From the NCBI RefSeq assembly GCF_004765795.1, contig NZ_SBIV01000003.1:124001-188000 (forward strand): a stretch of DNA of 64,000 nucleotides, in the 5' to 3' direction. Made by a program: the position numbers and the translations under genes. This DNA comes from Halorussus marinus. GTDB taxonomy: Archaea > Halobacteriota > Halobacteria > Halobacteriales > Haladaptataceae. The notes beneath the pieces are model-generated. The model was not told where the DNA came from and did no database searches. It saw only the letters and a list, made by a program, of their open reading frames with translations. Shown here in pieces: positions 12,034-21,852 of the stretch (the first letter of the stretch is position 1; each line of letters opens with the position of its first letter).

Positions 12034-12762
12034 ATGCACGAGGCGCTCCTCGGGATCGACCAGCCCGGCGCGTACGCCGACGCGACCGCCGGAACCGACA
12101 CGACGGTCGAGTTGTGGTGCAACGACCACTGCGACCTCCTCCACGTCAGCGGCGGGGCCGACTCGGACGCCGGGAGCCCCGCCGGCCGCGGGACGCGGAC
12201 CGACGCCAGTGCGACGGGGGCCGATCGCGACGCGGACGCGGGCGCGACGGCGGTCGTCGCCCACGTCGAGGCGACGGTCGGCGTCCGCGAGCGCCTCGTC
12301 GAGGACGGCCAGCGACTCCTCATCACCGACGACTGCCTGAAGTCGTCCGACGACGACCACATCGAATCGGTGCTCGCCGACCACGGCTGTCTGCTGGTCC
12401 CGCCGCTGACCTACGCCGACGGGACGAAGTGGTGTCGCGTGCTCGCGCTCGACCCCGCGAACCTCACCGGGTTCTACCGGGCGGTGGCGGCCGACCACCC
12501 GGTGACCGTCGAGTCCAAGCGCGAGGTCGCGTCGGTCGCGGCCGACCGGCCGCTACTCACCTTCCAGTCGGCGTTACCCGACCTCTCGGCCCGCCAGCGC
12601 GAGGCGCTCGCGACCGCGACGGAGTTTGGCTACTACCGGATCCCGCGCGATACGACCACCGCCGACCTCGCGGCCGAGATGGGCGTCGAGCGCCGCACCT
12701 TCGAGGAGCATCTCCGGCGCGCGGAGAACAAACTGCTCGGCGCGATGGTCGAGTACCTATAA
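12034..12762 (+). CDS. Bat-like HTH_10 transcriptional regulator (probable hut regulator)
   Basis: LSARQREALATATEFGYYRIPR...LAAEMGV...HLRRAENKL; divergent from hutU; TTTAAA about 27 bp upstream. Confidence 0.85.
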   Translation: MHEALLGIDQPGAYADATAGTDTTVELWCNDHCDLLHVSGGADSDAGSPAGRGTRTDASATGADRDADAGATAVVAHVEATVGVRERLVEDGQRLLITDDCLKSSDDDHIESVLADHGCLLVPPLTYADGTKWCRVLALDPANLTGFYRAVAADHPVTVESKREVASVAADRPLLTFQSALPDLSARQREALATATEFGYYRIPRDTTTADLAAEMGVERRTFEEHLRRAENKLLGAMVEYL

Positions 12763-12869
12763 GAGCCCGAGCGCCGCGACCGCGTGGGTCATCCCCGCGA
12801 CGAGCGGGACGAGGTCGCGACACCGGATCGGAACGTCGCTGGACGCGTCCGGCTCACCGGGCGCCGCGT

Positions 12870-13682
12870 TCACTCCGCCGGTAGCTCGATCCCCTCGGCC
12901 GCGAACCGGACGCTCGTTCGGCGGAGGTACTCCGATCGGATCCGCACGAGCGCCTCCCGGGAGGGCCGGTCGATCCAGAACCGGGTCTGGACGCCCGCCC
13001 GGCCGGCGTCGAGGTCGACGACCCGGACCGACGGCGTCGGCCGGTCGAGGATCTCCTCGTGGCGCTCGGCCTCGGCGACCAGCATCTCGGCCACCCGACC
13101 GAGGTCGGCGTCGTCGCCGACGTGGAAGGTGTACGAGACCCGCCGCGGGGACTTGGCGACCGCGTTGACCACTGCGGAGGTCGCGAGCTGGGAGTTGGGA
13201 ACCGTCAGCAGTTCGTTGTCGAACGTCCGGATCCGGGTCACCCGGAAGCTGATGTCCTCGATGACGCCCTCCCTGTCGCGCCACTGGATCCAGTCGCCGA
13301 TGTTGAACTCCGGGTCGGTGACGATGAACACGCCGCTGACGAGGTTCGAGGCGATGTCCCGGCTCGCGAACCCGGCGGCCACTGTCAGCGCGGCGACGAC
13401 GGTCGGCGGGATCGACAGCAGGTAGCCGTAGTCGGCGACGTCGAGCGCGACCCGGAGCGCGACGACGAGGACTCCGACGCGGATTCCCTTCACGAGCGCG
13501 TTCGCCGCGGTCCGGTTGATGCGGGCGTCCAGCGCCCGCTCGACCAGCGGTTCGAGCACCCATCGCCCGACCGCGTAGACCGCCGCGAACGCGACGGCGA
13601 ACTCCCCGACGCTCCACGCGAGTTCGATGTACCTGTCGGTCGGGAGCTCCGACGGCTCGGCTCCGGGTGCGACGCCGCTCAC
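12870..13682 (-). CDS. mscS: Small-conductance mechanosensitive channel
   Basis: GFASRDIASNLVSGVF, FNIGDWI, FRVTRIRTFDN...VPNS; start codon uncertain. Confidence 0.88.
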   Translation of the reverse strand: MSGVAPGAEPSELPTDRYIELAWSVGEFAVAFAAVYAVGRWVLEPLVERALDARINRTAANALVKGIRVGVLVVALRVALDVADYGYLLSIPPTVVAALTVAAGFASRDIASNLVSGVFIVTDPEFNIGDWIQWRDREGVIEDISFRVTRIRTFDNELLTVPNSQLATSAVVNAVAKSPRRVSYTFHVGDDADLGRVAEMLVAEAERHEEILDRPTPSVRVVDLDAGRAGVQTRFWIDRPSREALVRIRSEYLRRTSVRFAAEGIELPAE

Positions 13683-13845
13683 CGACCGACACACGCCCCG
13701 AGCCCCCCTGAACATTCCGGCCGCTCAGTCGGTCTCGCGGACGGCCGTGTCCTTCGGCGCCTCTCGACGGCGCGCTGTCACCCGCGGTCGCCCGCGTCGC
13801 GTCTGACGAACGCTTAAGTGGCGAGCCCTGCGAACTGTCACCAAG

Positions 13846-14256
13846 ATGGGCAACAAGAACAAGACGATCTCCTTCCGGGTCAACGAGGACTCGTTCGAGA
13901 CGCTCCGGGAGATCGCCGAGGAGCGGGACCTCTCGCTGTCGGCGGTGTTCCGCGACTACGTCGACACGCTGGTCGCCCACGACGGTCGGGTGAAGGTCGT
14001 CCCCGAGAGCGAACTCGGCGAGCAGGCCGACGGCGAGGAGTTCCCCCCGAAGGTCGAGGTGTCGAAGAGCTTCGTCCGCGAACACGAACGCCTCGAACTC
14101 GAAGCCGAACACCTCCGCGAACAGCTACAGGAGTACAAGCAGTACGTCACCCGGCTTCAAGAGCAGGCCGAGGGCGACGGCGGCGTCGAGGAGGTCGTCC
14201 AACTGGAGGAACTCGACGACGAACTCGACACCGACGAGACCTATCGGCTGGGTTAG
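13846..14256 (+). CDS. CopG/ribbon-helix-helix regulator with coiled coil
   Basis: KTISFRVNED...LSLSAVFRDYV RHH pattern; heptad-rich C-terminus. Confidence 0.8.
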   Translation: MGNKNKTISFRVNEDSFETLREIAEERDLSLSAVFRDYVDTLVAHDGRVKVVPESELGEQADGEEFPPKVEVSKSFVREHERLELEAEHLREQLQEYKQYVTRLQEQAEGDGGVEEVVQLEELDDELDTDETYRLG

Positions 14257-14708
14257 CCCGACAGCCGGCGCTTCTTCTGGCGGGCCTCCTCGGCGGTCTC
14301 GCGCTCGCCCTCCACCGCCGCGAGCTCTTCGACGGCTTCGAGGGTCCGGACCGAGTTGTCGAGAAACGAGAGCACGTCGCCCGGATAGGCATACACCATG
14401 TAGTCGTCGGTCATCACGTCCACGATGGCTTCGGGGCCCAGCCCCTCCTCGCGGAGTTCGAGCAGGTAGCGCATGAACTTCCGCTCGGGACAGCCACAGT
14501 AGGGGTTGCTCTGACAGTCACAGTCCAGAAAGTCCTCCGCGAAGTCGAGCACCCGCTCTTGGGTGGTGTCGTCGAGTTGCGCGAGGTTCTGGCCCTGAAA
14601 CAGCATGTCGAGGGTCGCGCCCTTGAACGCTCCCTTGGGGATGTTGGTCTCGAGCTGGGAGCCGATCTGGCGGTGGTTTTTGACGTATATTTTGTCCGTA
14701 ATCGCCAC
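14253..14708 (-). CDS. DUF5814-like Cys4 protein
   Basis: FLDCDCQSNPYCGC motif, YAYPGDVLSFLD. Confidence 0.75.
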   Translation of the reverse strand: MAITDKIYVKNHRQIGSQLETNIPKGAFKGATLDMLFQGQNLAQLDDTTQERVLDFAEDFLDCDCQSNPYCGCPERKFMRYLLELREEGLGPEAIVDVMTDDYMVYAYPGDVLSFLDNSVRTLEAVEELAAVEGERETAEEARQKKRRLSG

Positions 14709-14841
14709 TGTTAGCCCCGAATATGGCGCTCGGACCCAAAAGCGTGTCGTCGTCTCGCTCCGGCCCGAACGCGTGAAAGCGTCCCAGTACCGCCGCGAGT
14801 CGTAACGTATTTTAATCCCACGAGGCTAGGTCTGGATGCGT

Positions 14842-14915
14842 GTCCGGGTTGGGGTAGTGGACCATCCTTCAGCCTTGTGGAGGCTGAGACGCGGGTTCGA
14901 TTCTCGCACCTGGAC
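14842..14915 (+). tRNA. tRNA-His(GTG), G-1 genomically encoded
   Basis: Cloverleaf; anticodon arm CAGCC-TTGTGGA-GGCTG; T arm GGTTCGATTC; G-1:C73 pair; T-run downstream. Confidence 0.95.
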
Positions 14916-15019
14916 CTTTTCGACGCGAACCAAACGGCCAGTACTGCGAAACCCGCTTCGAGAGTTCCGAGTATCGCAGAAGAGATCGAACCCTGCGAGT
15001 CGGGTGTCGTCTCTCTCCG

Positions 15020-15400
15020 TCACCGCGCGGCCGACTCCCGCCGATACAGCCCGACGATGACGGCGATGAGACCGACCTGCGCGAGTTTGTCCGCGATTCC
15101 CAGCACCGAGAACGCCGGCGCGTTCACCAGATACCACGCGACGATCTGGACGCCGGTGAACGGGAGCCCGAGGAGGTACACCAGCCGACGGCGGTAGCCG
15201 ACCGCGACCGCGCCACCGCCGGCGAAAAAGCCGACGCCGGCGAGCAGGAAGCTCCAGCCCATCGGAGTTCCGAGAAACGAGACGCCGAGCACGAGATGTA
15301 TCGCCCCGGTGACGGCGGCGAGCGCGATGCCCGCCCACTGGAGCGCGGTCACGTCGCCGAGATCGAGGCCGCCACTCTGATTGGTGGTACCGATACCCAT
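15020..15400 (-). CDS. Small four-TM membrane protein
   Basis: LAAVTGAIHL...LYLLGLPFT-like hydrophobic segments, ADKLAQ. Confidence 0.7.
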   Translation of the reverse strand: MGIGTTNQSGGLDLGDVTALQWAGIALAAVTGAIHLVLGVSFLGTPMGWSFLLAGVGFFAGGGAVAVGYRRRLVYLLGLPFTGVQIVAWYLVNAPAFSVLGIADKLAQVGLIAVIVGLYRRESAAR

Positions 15401-15424
15401 ACAAGGTCGTGTCGCTTCAGTCAC

Positions 15425-16537
15425 TTAAGACGGGAGGGTCTCGGCAACGAGGTCGCGCAGGCGGCGATGGAAGCGCTCGCTCGCGAAGCGGTCCCGCGCC
15501 AGCGAGGGCCTCGCGTCGCTCTCGACGGCCGCCGAGAGCTTCGCCGCCGCGTCCGGGACCGACTCGTAGAGCCGGCGGTCCTCGCCCGCGAGCACGTCGC
15601 GCTGGCCGCCCGAATCCGGCGCGAACGCCACCATCCCGGCGGCGACGTACTCCGCGACCGTCATCCCGAAGTGCTCGTCGGGCTTGGCGTTCAGGCCGTA
15701 CCTGTGGGTCGTCAGCAGAGTTTCGAGTCGGCCCCGGGGCACGTCGGTCTCGACCGTCACATGCGACCGGGCGGCCGCCGCGCGCTCGACGCGCTCGACG
15801 TACGACCGGTAGGCGGGCGCGGCCGACCCGACGACGTGGAGGTGGAGGTCGGGCCCGCGCTCGCGGACGGCGTCGACGATCCGGATCGCGTCGAGGGTCC
15901 GCTTGTCCGGCGCGATCCGGCCGGCGACCACCACCCCGTTCTCCCGGTCGGCCCAGTCGGCGCCGCCCGTGATCGGATCGACCGGCGGGTGGACGACGGC
16001 GGGTCGTCGGTCGTACCGCTCGGCCACGACGTCGGCGGTCCACGAGGAGTTCGCGACGAGCGTCGCGTCTCCGGGGAGTCGACCCCCGCCCACGCCGGCG
16101 AGGCGACTCCAGAGCGCGTCGAGCCGGGGGGCGTCCTCGTCGCCGACCGCCCGACCGTTGAACTGCGGGTAGTGGACGTACTGGACCGACGGGATCGGCG
16201 GCGCGAACTCGTTTGCGGTGCTGACCGCGGCGTCGTACCCGTCGGCGTGTCGCCGGAAGAACCGATCCAGCAGGACGCTCCGGACCGCGAGTAGCGGTCC
16301 CGCCCGGTCGGCCGCCGTCGCGAAAGCCCGGCCGAGGAGGCGGTCGCCGGGCGGCGTCCGGACCGGAACTGCGGCGTCGGTGTCGAACAGCCGATTGAGC
16401 CCGGCCAGCGGCGGGTGCGAGAGCGTGAACAACGTTACGTCGTGTACCTCCTGGAGCGCCTCGCAGACGTGCAGACAGACGGCGTCGGCGCCGCTCCGGA
16501 GATCGAGGGTGTTGTGAACGACCGCCAGCCGTGCCAT
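15425..16537 (-). CDS. Glycosyltransferase family 4 (GT-B)
   Basis: ANSSWTA, VVHPPVD, GRIAPDKR, EHFGMTVAE. Confidence 0.9.
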   Translation of the reverse strand: MARLAVVHNTLDLRSGADAVCLHVCEALQEVHDVTLFTLSHPPLAGLNRLFDTDAAVPVRTPPGDRLLGRAFATAADRAGPLLAVRSVLLDRFFRRHADGYDAAVSTANEFAPPIPSVQYVHYPQFNGRAVGDEDAPRLDALWSRLAGVGGGRLPGDATLVANSSWTADVVAERYDRRPAVVHPPVDPITGGADWADRENGVVVAGRIAPDKRTLDAIRIVDAVRERGPDLHLHVVGSAAPAYRSYVERVERAAAARSHVTVETDVPRGRLETLLTTHRYGLNAKPDEHFGMTVAEYVAAGMVAFAPDSGGQRDVLAGEDRRLYESVPDAAAKLSAAVESDARPSLARDRFASERFHRRLRDLVAETLPS

Positions 16538-16701
16538 ACGAAAACGACGGGCTCGCACGGCAAAACTCCGACGTTCCGGCGCCGGCGTCCGTACCGCTTC
16601 CACAACCGTTTTTATCGATTGGTCCTGCGCTACTGTATGAACGTTGTGACCGAGAGCCACGGTACCGGCGTCCGCGGCCGGTTCGCCGGCGCGATCGCGC
16701 C

Positions 16702-18669
16702 ATGAACTGCCTGTTCGTCGGCGCCGGCGAGGTGGCGCGCGAGTACGCCGCCGGGCTCGCCGACACCGATCTGGGGCTCGCGGCGGTCTGTGACCTCGAC
16801 CGCGAGCGCGCGGAGGGGCTGGCCGACGAGTACGGCGCGACCCCCTACGCGGACCTCTCGGCCGCGATCGCGGCCGAGCAGGCCCCGCTCGTTCTCAACC
16901 TCACCGGCCACGCGGCCCACGCGCCCGTCACCCGGACCGCGCTCGAAGCCGGCCGCCACGTCTTCAGCCAGAAGCCCCTGGCGATGGACGCGACGGTCGC
17001 TCGCGAACTCGTGGCGCTCGCCGACGAGCGGGGGCTCTCGCTCGCCTGCGCGCCGACCAACCCCGCGGGCGGTCCTCAGCGCCGGGCGGCGACCGCGCTC
17101 GCGGACGGTCGACTCGGGACGGTCCGGTTGGCCTACGCCCACGCCCACGTCGGTCGGGTGACCGAGTGGCACGACGATCCGGAGTCGTTCCTCCGCGTGG
17201 GGCCGCTGTACGACGGAGCGGTCTACCCGTTGACCCTGCTGGTCGCGTGGTTCGGCCCGGTCGAGCGCGTCCGCACCGCCGACGCCGCCGACCCGTGGCC
17301 CGACCGGGAAGCCCGTCGGCCGGAGCGTCCGAGCCACGTCGAGTCGACTCTCGGGTTCGCGTCGGGGCCGACGGTCAGGCTGACCGCGAGCCTCTACGCG
17401 CCCCACCGGAGTCGGGAGTTCAACGCCCTCGAACTCCACGGCGACGACGGCTCGGTGTACCTCCGGGACGCCGGCGCGATGACCGACGGCCCCGACCTCG
17501 TCTCGTTCGGCCGACAGGGCCGCGAGTACGTCTCGGTGCCGCCCCAGCGACCAGACGGCGATCGGGCGTTCGTCTCCGGGCCCGCCCGGTTCGCCGCCGA
17601 GATCCAACGCGGTCGCCAGACGCTCCGGACCGCGCGGCGGGCCGCCCACGTCGTCGCGACGTGCAACGCGATCGAGCGCGCCGCCGAGTCCGGATCGCCG
17701 GTCTCGGTCGACGCCGACGCGCCGCCCGCCGCCGCCCCGCACCCGCCCGAGTTCGGAGCCGAGTCGCGGTCGGACGCCGCGATCCGATTGCCGCCGGTCG
17801 GGGTCGGGTGCGCGCGCTACCGCGACGGCGAGTACGTCGACCGCCAGGACTCGATCGCCGCGGCCCTCGACGCGGGCTACCGGCTGCTCGACTCGGCGGA
17901 GCTGTACGGTAACGAGGCACGTATCGGCGATATTCTGGCCGCACCGGGGTCTCCTGATCGGTCGTCGCTCCACCTCACGAGCAAGGTGTGGAACACGAAC
18001 CACGGTCACGTCGCGGAGGCCTGCGAGACGACCCTCGACGCGCTCGGGATCGACCGACTCGACTCGTATCTCGTCCACTGGCCCGACGCGTGGGCGTATC
18101 AGGGGCCGCTCGTCGACCTCGCCTCCCGGCCGGTCGACGAGCAGGAGGCGCTGACGTTCCCCCGCGACGAGGACGGCGAGATCGTCGCGGCCGACGTGTC
18201 GCTGTCCGAGACGTGGCGGGCCATGGAACGACTGGTCGACCGCGGGCTGACCCGAGCCATCGGCGTCTGTAACGTCTCGGCCGATCGCCTCGCCGACCTC
18301 GTCGAGCGCGCCGACGTCGAGCCGTCCGTGGTGGAGGTCGAGACCCACCCGCTCGAACCTCGGCGGGACCTCGTCGCGTTCTGTCACCAGCGAGGGATCC
18401 GGGTGCTGGCCCACACGCCGCTGGCGTCGGGCGAGCTGGTCGGGAACCGGACGGTGGCGTCGGTGGCGGCCGACGCCGGCGTGGGGCCCGCGCAGGCGGC
18501 GCTGGCGTGGAACGTCCACCGCGGGGTCGTCCCGATCCCGTCGAGCACCGACGACGACCACCTCGTCGAGAATCTCGCGGCCGGCGCGGTCCGGCTCGAC
18601 GCCGAGCAGATCGCGCGACTCGACGGGCTGTCGGGCGCCGAACGATCGGCCGCGGGGTCCGACGCGTGA
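16702..18669 (+). CDS. Gfo/Idh/MocA oxidoreductase fused to aldo/keto reductase
   Basis: N-half VGAG...HVFSQKP; C-half GYRLLDSAELYGNE, SKVWN, LVHWP, IGVCN, QAALAW. Confidence 0.88.
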   Translation: MNCLFVGAGEVAREYAAGLADTDLGLAAVCDLDRERAEGLADEYGATPYADLSAAIAAEQAPLVLNLTGHAAHAPVTRTALEAGRHVFSQKPLAMDATVARELVALADERGLSLACAPTNPAGGPQRRAATALADGRLGTVRLAYAHAHVGRVTEWHDDPESFLRVGPLYDGAVYPLTLLVAWFGPVERVRTADAADPWPDREARRPERPSHVESTLGFASGPTVRLTASLYAPHRSREFNALELHGDDGSVYLRDAGAMTDGPDLVSFGRQGREYVSVPPQRPDGDRAFVSGPARFAAEIQRGRQTLRTARRAAHVVATCNAIERAAESGSPVSVDADAPPAAAPHPPEFGAESRSDAAIRLPPVGVGCARYRDGEYVDRQDSIAAALDAGYRLLDSAELYGNEARIGDILAAPGSPDRSSLHLTSKVWNTNHGHVAEACETTLDALGIDRLDSYLVHWPDAWAYQGPLVDLASRPVDEQEALTFPRDEDGEIVAADVSLSETWRAMERLVDRGLTRAIGVCNVSADRLADLVERADVEPSVVEVETHPLEPRRDLVAFCHQRGIRVLAHTPLASGELVGNRTVASVAADAGVGPAQAALAWNVHRGVVPIPSSTDDDHLVENLAAGAVRLDAEQIARLDGLSGAERSAAGSDA

Positions 18670-19442
18670 GCGAAGCGACCCGTTCTCCGCCCGGCGACCG
18701 GGTCCGGATCGAGGTCGCGGTGTCGGCGCTGATCGCGGGCCTCTGGCTGTTCGCCGGACTGCGAGTCACCGCCGGTCACGCCGACCCGCCGACCGCGAGG
18801 CGGTGGTTCGGCGTGGCGGGGGCGGTCGTCGTCGCGGAGCTCGCGTACCTCCGGCTCTCGCTCGACGCGTGTCGGCCCGAGTCGGGCGCCACTCGTCGCC
18901 GATCGCTCGGGCTCGCGAACGTGGTGACGCTGTGTCGGGGCGGGCTGTTCGCGTCGGTCGCGGGGTTCCTCGCGGTCCCGTCCGCCGGCCCGCTGGTGTG
19001 GGGGCCGTCGGTCTGCTACGGCGCGGGCGTCGCCCTCGACCGACTCGACGGCGCCGTCGCCCGGACTATCGGTCGCACGACGGCGCTCGGGGAGCGCCTC
19101 GACCTCGCGTTCGACACGCTCGGGTTCGTGGTCGCGCCGCTGGTCGCGGTCGCGTGGGGCCGGCTCCCGGTGTGGTACCTCTCGCTGTCGGCGGCCCGCT
19201 ACGTGTTCAAGGCCGGGGTCGCGTGGCGTCGACGCCGCGGGCGACCCGTCTGTGACCTCCCGGAGAGCCGGCTCCGGCGACCGCTGGCGGCGCTCCAGAT
19301 GTGCTTTCTCACGGTCGCGCTGGCGCCGGTGGTTCCGGCCGGCTCCCTGCGGGCGGTCGCGGCGGTCGTGCTGGCGCCGTCGCTGACCGTGTTCGCCCGC
19401 GACTACCTCGCGGTCTCGGGTCGGCTCCGGTCGACGCGTTGA
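18666..19442 (+). CDS. CDP-alcohol phosphatidyltransferase family protein
   Basis: ANVVTLCRG, DRLDGAVAR...TALGERLDLAFD signature; GTGA overlap with upstream gene. Confidence 0.9.
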   Translation: MSEATRSPPGDRVRIEVAVSALIAGLWLFAGLRVTAGHADPPTARRWFGVAGAVVVAELAYLRLSLDACRPESGATRRRSLGLANVVTLCRGGLFASVAGFLAVPSAGPLVWGPSVCYGAGVALDRLDGAVARTIGRTTALGERLDLAFDTLGFVVAPLVAVAWGRLPVWYLSLSAARYVFKAGVAWRRRRGRPVCDLPESRLRRPLAALQMCFLTVALAPVVPAGSLRAVAAVVLAPSLTVFARDYLAVSGRLRSTR

Positions 19443-19534
19443 AACGTAATCTTCAACAACAGTCGGCCCAACTAGGTGTGTGTCCTGTACTCGTTTCACG
19501 ACCGGGTCGAGCGGCGTTCGGGGGACCGGCTGAG

Positions 19535-20566
19535 ATGAGCGAGCGCGCACGGTCGCTGTACTTCGAAGCGCCCGGCGAGGTCGCGCTCCGCGAGCGGGCG
19601 GTCCCGGAGCCGGGTCCCGAGGAGGTTCGGGTCGAGACCGCGATCTCGGCGATCAGCGCCGGGACCGAACTGCTGGTCTACCGTGACGAGGTGCCGACCG
19701 AGATGGCTGTCGACCCGACGCTGGAGGCGTTCGACGGCGACTTCTCGTTTCCGGTCAGCTACGGGTACGCCGCCGTGGGGACGGTGACCGCCTGCGGCGA
19801 TCGGGTCGACGACGCGTGGCGCGGCCGGTCGGTGTTCGCGTTCAATCCCCACGAGTCGCAGTTCCTCGCGGCCCCCGACTCGCTGATCCCCGTCCCCGAC
19901 TCGCTGTCGGCGACCGAGGCGGCGCTGTTGCCGACCGCCGAGACCGCGACCAATCTCGTCCTCGACGCCGCGCCGGCGGTCGGCGAGCGGGTCGCGGTCC
20001 ACGGCGCCGGCGTCGTGGGGCTGTTCACGATCGGCCTGCTCGCGGCGTTTCCCCTCTCGTCGCTGGTCGCGGTCGATCCCCTTCCGGGTCGCCGGAACCT
20101 CGCCGCCGAACTCGGCGCCGACGAGACGCTCCACCCCGACCGTAGCGACCGACTCGGCGATCACCGGGACGCCGACGAGCCGCCGGGGCTGGACCTCGCG
20201 GTCGAGATCTCGGGCCGGCCCGCCGCGCTCGACGACGCGGTCGACGCGGTCGGCTACGACGGCCGGATCGTCGTCGGCTCGTGGTACGGCCAGAAGCGCG
20301 CGGACCTCGACCTCGGCGGGGAGTTCCACCGCGCCCGGATCGACATCAGTTCGAGTCAGGTCAGCACCATCGCGCCCGATCGACGCGGCCGGTGGACCAC
20401 CGACCGCCGGCTCGACGCCGCGGTCGACCTGCTCGAACGGGTGCCCGTCGAGGAGATCGTGACCCACCGAATCCCGTTCGACGAGGCCCCGCGGGCCTAC
20501 GACCTCCTCGACGGCGCCGACGCGGGCGAGGGGTCGCCCCTGCAGGTGCTTTTGACCTACGACTGA
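19535..20566 (+). CDS. Zinc-binding alcohol dehydrogenase (MDR) family protein
   Basis: ISAGTELLVY, GYAAVG, GAGVVGL, GSWYG. Confidence 0.88.
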   Translation: MSERARSLYFEAPGEVALRERAVPEPGPEEVRVETAISAISAGTELLVYRDEVPTEMAVDPTLEAFDGDFSFPVSYGYAAVGTVTACGDRVDDAWRGRSVFAFNPHESQFLAAPDSLIPVPDSLSATEAALLPTAETATNLVLDAAPAVGERVAVHGAGVVGLFTIGLLAAFPLSSLVAVDPLPGRRNLAAELGADETLHPDRSDRLGDHRDADEPPGLDLAVEISGRPAALDDAVDAVGYDGRIVVGSWYGQKRADLDLGGEFHRARIDISSSQVSTIAPDRRGRWTTDRRLDAAVDLLERVPVEEIVTHRIPFDEAPRAYDLLDGADAGEGSPLQVLLTYD

Positions 20567-20618
20567 GCGATCCGCGACCACCCGGAGAACTAAGAGCTGA
20601 GCTCCCTAGAACCGGACC

Positions 20619-20996
20619 GTGTACGAACTGTCCGTCTCTCGCGACTTCGTCGCCCAGCACTTCCTGACGGTGCCCGACCCGGGACCGGAGGGCGAGGTTC
20701 ACAGCCACCACTTCGAGGTCGCGGTCCGGTTCGCGGGCCCCGAGCTCGGCGAGTACGGCTACCTCGTGGACATCGACGCGGTCGACGAGGCGCTCGACAC
20801 GCTCGAAGCCCGCTACCGGGACGCGCTGTTGAACGACCTCCCGGAGTTCGCCGACGCGAACCCGAGCGTCGAGCGGTTCGCCCGCGAGTTCGGCGACCGG
20901 CTCCTCGCGGAGCTCGACCCCGAGACGCCCGACCGGCTCGCGGTCCGGATGTGGGAGGACGACGCCGCGTGGGCGAGCCACGAGCGGTCGCTCTGA
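20619..20996 (+). CDS. 6-pyruvoyl-tetrahydropterin synthase-like T-fold protein (COG0720)
   Basis: AQHFL, HSH, LNDLPEF...NPSVE, VRMWE; catalytic Cys absent. Confidence 0.85.
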   Translation: MYELSVSRDFVAQHFLTVPDPGPEGEVHSHHFEVAVRFAGPELGEYGYLVDIDAVDEALDTLEARYRDALLNDLPEFADANPSVERFAREFGDRLLAELDPETPDRLAVRMWEDDAAWASHERSL

Positions 20997-20997
20997 G

Positions 20998-21852
20998 ATG
21001 GTCGACGACCACGCCCGGATCGACTACCTGAACGCCAAGCGCTCGGTCGACGAGCGCGCGTTCGCGCGGTCGGTCCGCGAGCGACTCCTCGCGGCGCTCC
21101 CCGAGCGCCCGACGGTGTTCGAGGCCGGCGCCGGCACCGGCGTGACCGTCCCCCGACTGCTCGAGTGGGGCGTCGAGGCGGGTCGCTACCGGGGGGTCGA
21201 ACGCGCCGAGGCGCTGGTCGAACACGCCCGGACGGCCCGCGCCGCCGAGCTCGAGGCGGCCGGCTACGACCCGGTCGAGACCGACCGCGGGTTCCGGGTC
21301 GAGGAGCTCTCGGTGGCGTTCGAGGCCGGCGACGCGCTGGCGGCCGTCGATGGCGTCGACGCCGGCCTCGACCTGCTCGTCGCGCAGGCGTTCATGGACG
21401 TGGTCGCGGTCGAGCCGGCGGTCGCCGCGTTCGAGCGCGCCCTCTCGCCGGGCGGGCTCGCGTACTTCCCGATCACGTTCGACGCCGGGACCATATTCCA
21501 GCCGAGCCACCCCGCCGACGACGCCGTCGAGCGGGCGTACCACCGCGCTATCGACGCCCGGGAGAGCCGGGACAGCCGCGCGGGCAGACGCCTCCTCGAT
21601 CTGCTCGGGCGGGCCGACGGCGACCTGCTCGCCGTCGGGGCCTCCGACTGGGTGGTCCGGCCCCGCGACGGCTCGTACCCCGCCGACGAGGCGCTGTTTC
21701 TGTCGTGCATCCTCGACTTCGTCGCCGACGCGCTCGCGGGGGGCGAGGTGGCCGAGTTCGACGACTGGATCGAGACCCGCCGCGACCAGCTCGCGGCCGG
21801 GGAGCTGAGCTACGTCGCCCACCAGTACGATCTGCTCTACCGGGCGCCCTGA
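20998..21852 (+). CDS. Class I SAM-dependent methyltransferase-like protein
   Basis: YLNAKRSVD, EAGAGTG motif I, PGGLAYFPITFD. Confidence 0.8.
   Translation: MVDDHARIDYLNAKRSVDERAFARSVRERLLAALPERPTVFEAGAGTGVTVPRLLEWGVEAGRYRGVERAEALVEHARTARAAELEAAGYDPVETDRGFRVEELSVAFEAGDALAAVDGVDAGLDLLVAQAFMDVVAVEPAVAAFERALSPGGLAYFPITFDAGTIFQPSHPADDAVERAYHRAIDARESRDSRAGRRLLDLLGRADGDLLAVGASDWVVRPRDGSYPADEALFLSCILDFVADALAGGEVAEFDDWIETRRDQLAAGELSYVAHQYDLLYRAP

Noticed and set aside
14925..15010. tRNA-His downstream sequence with GATCGAACCC resembling a tRNA-end fragment or att site
   Set aside because: No matching direct repeat or integrase associated with tRNA-His in the window
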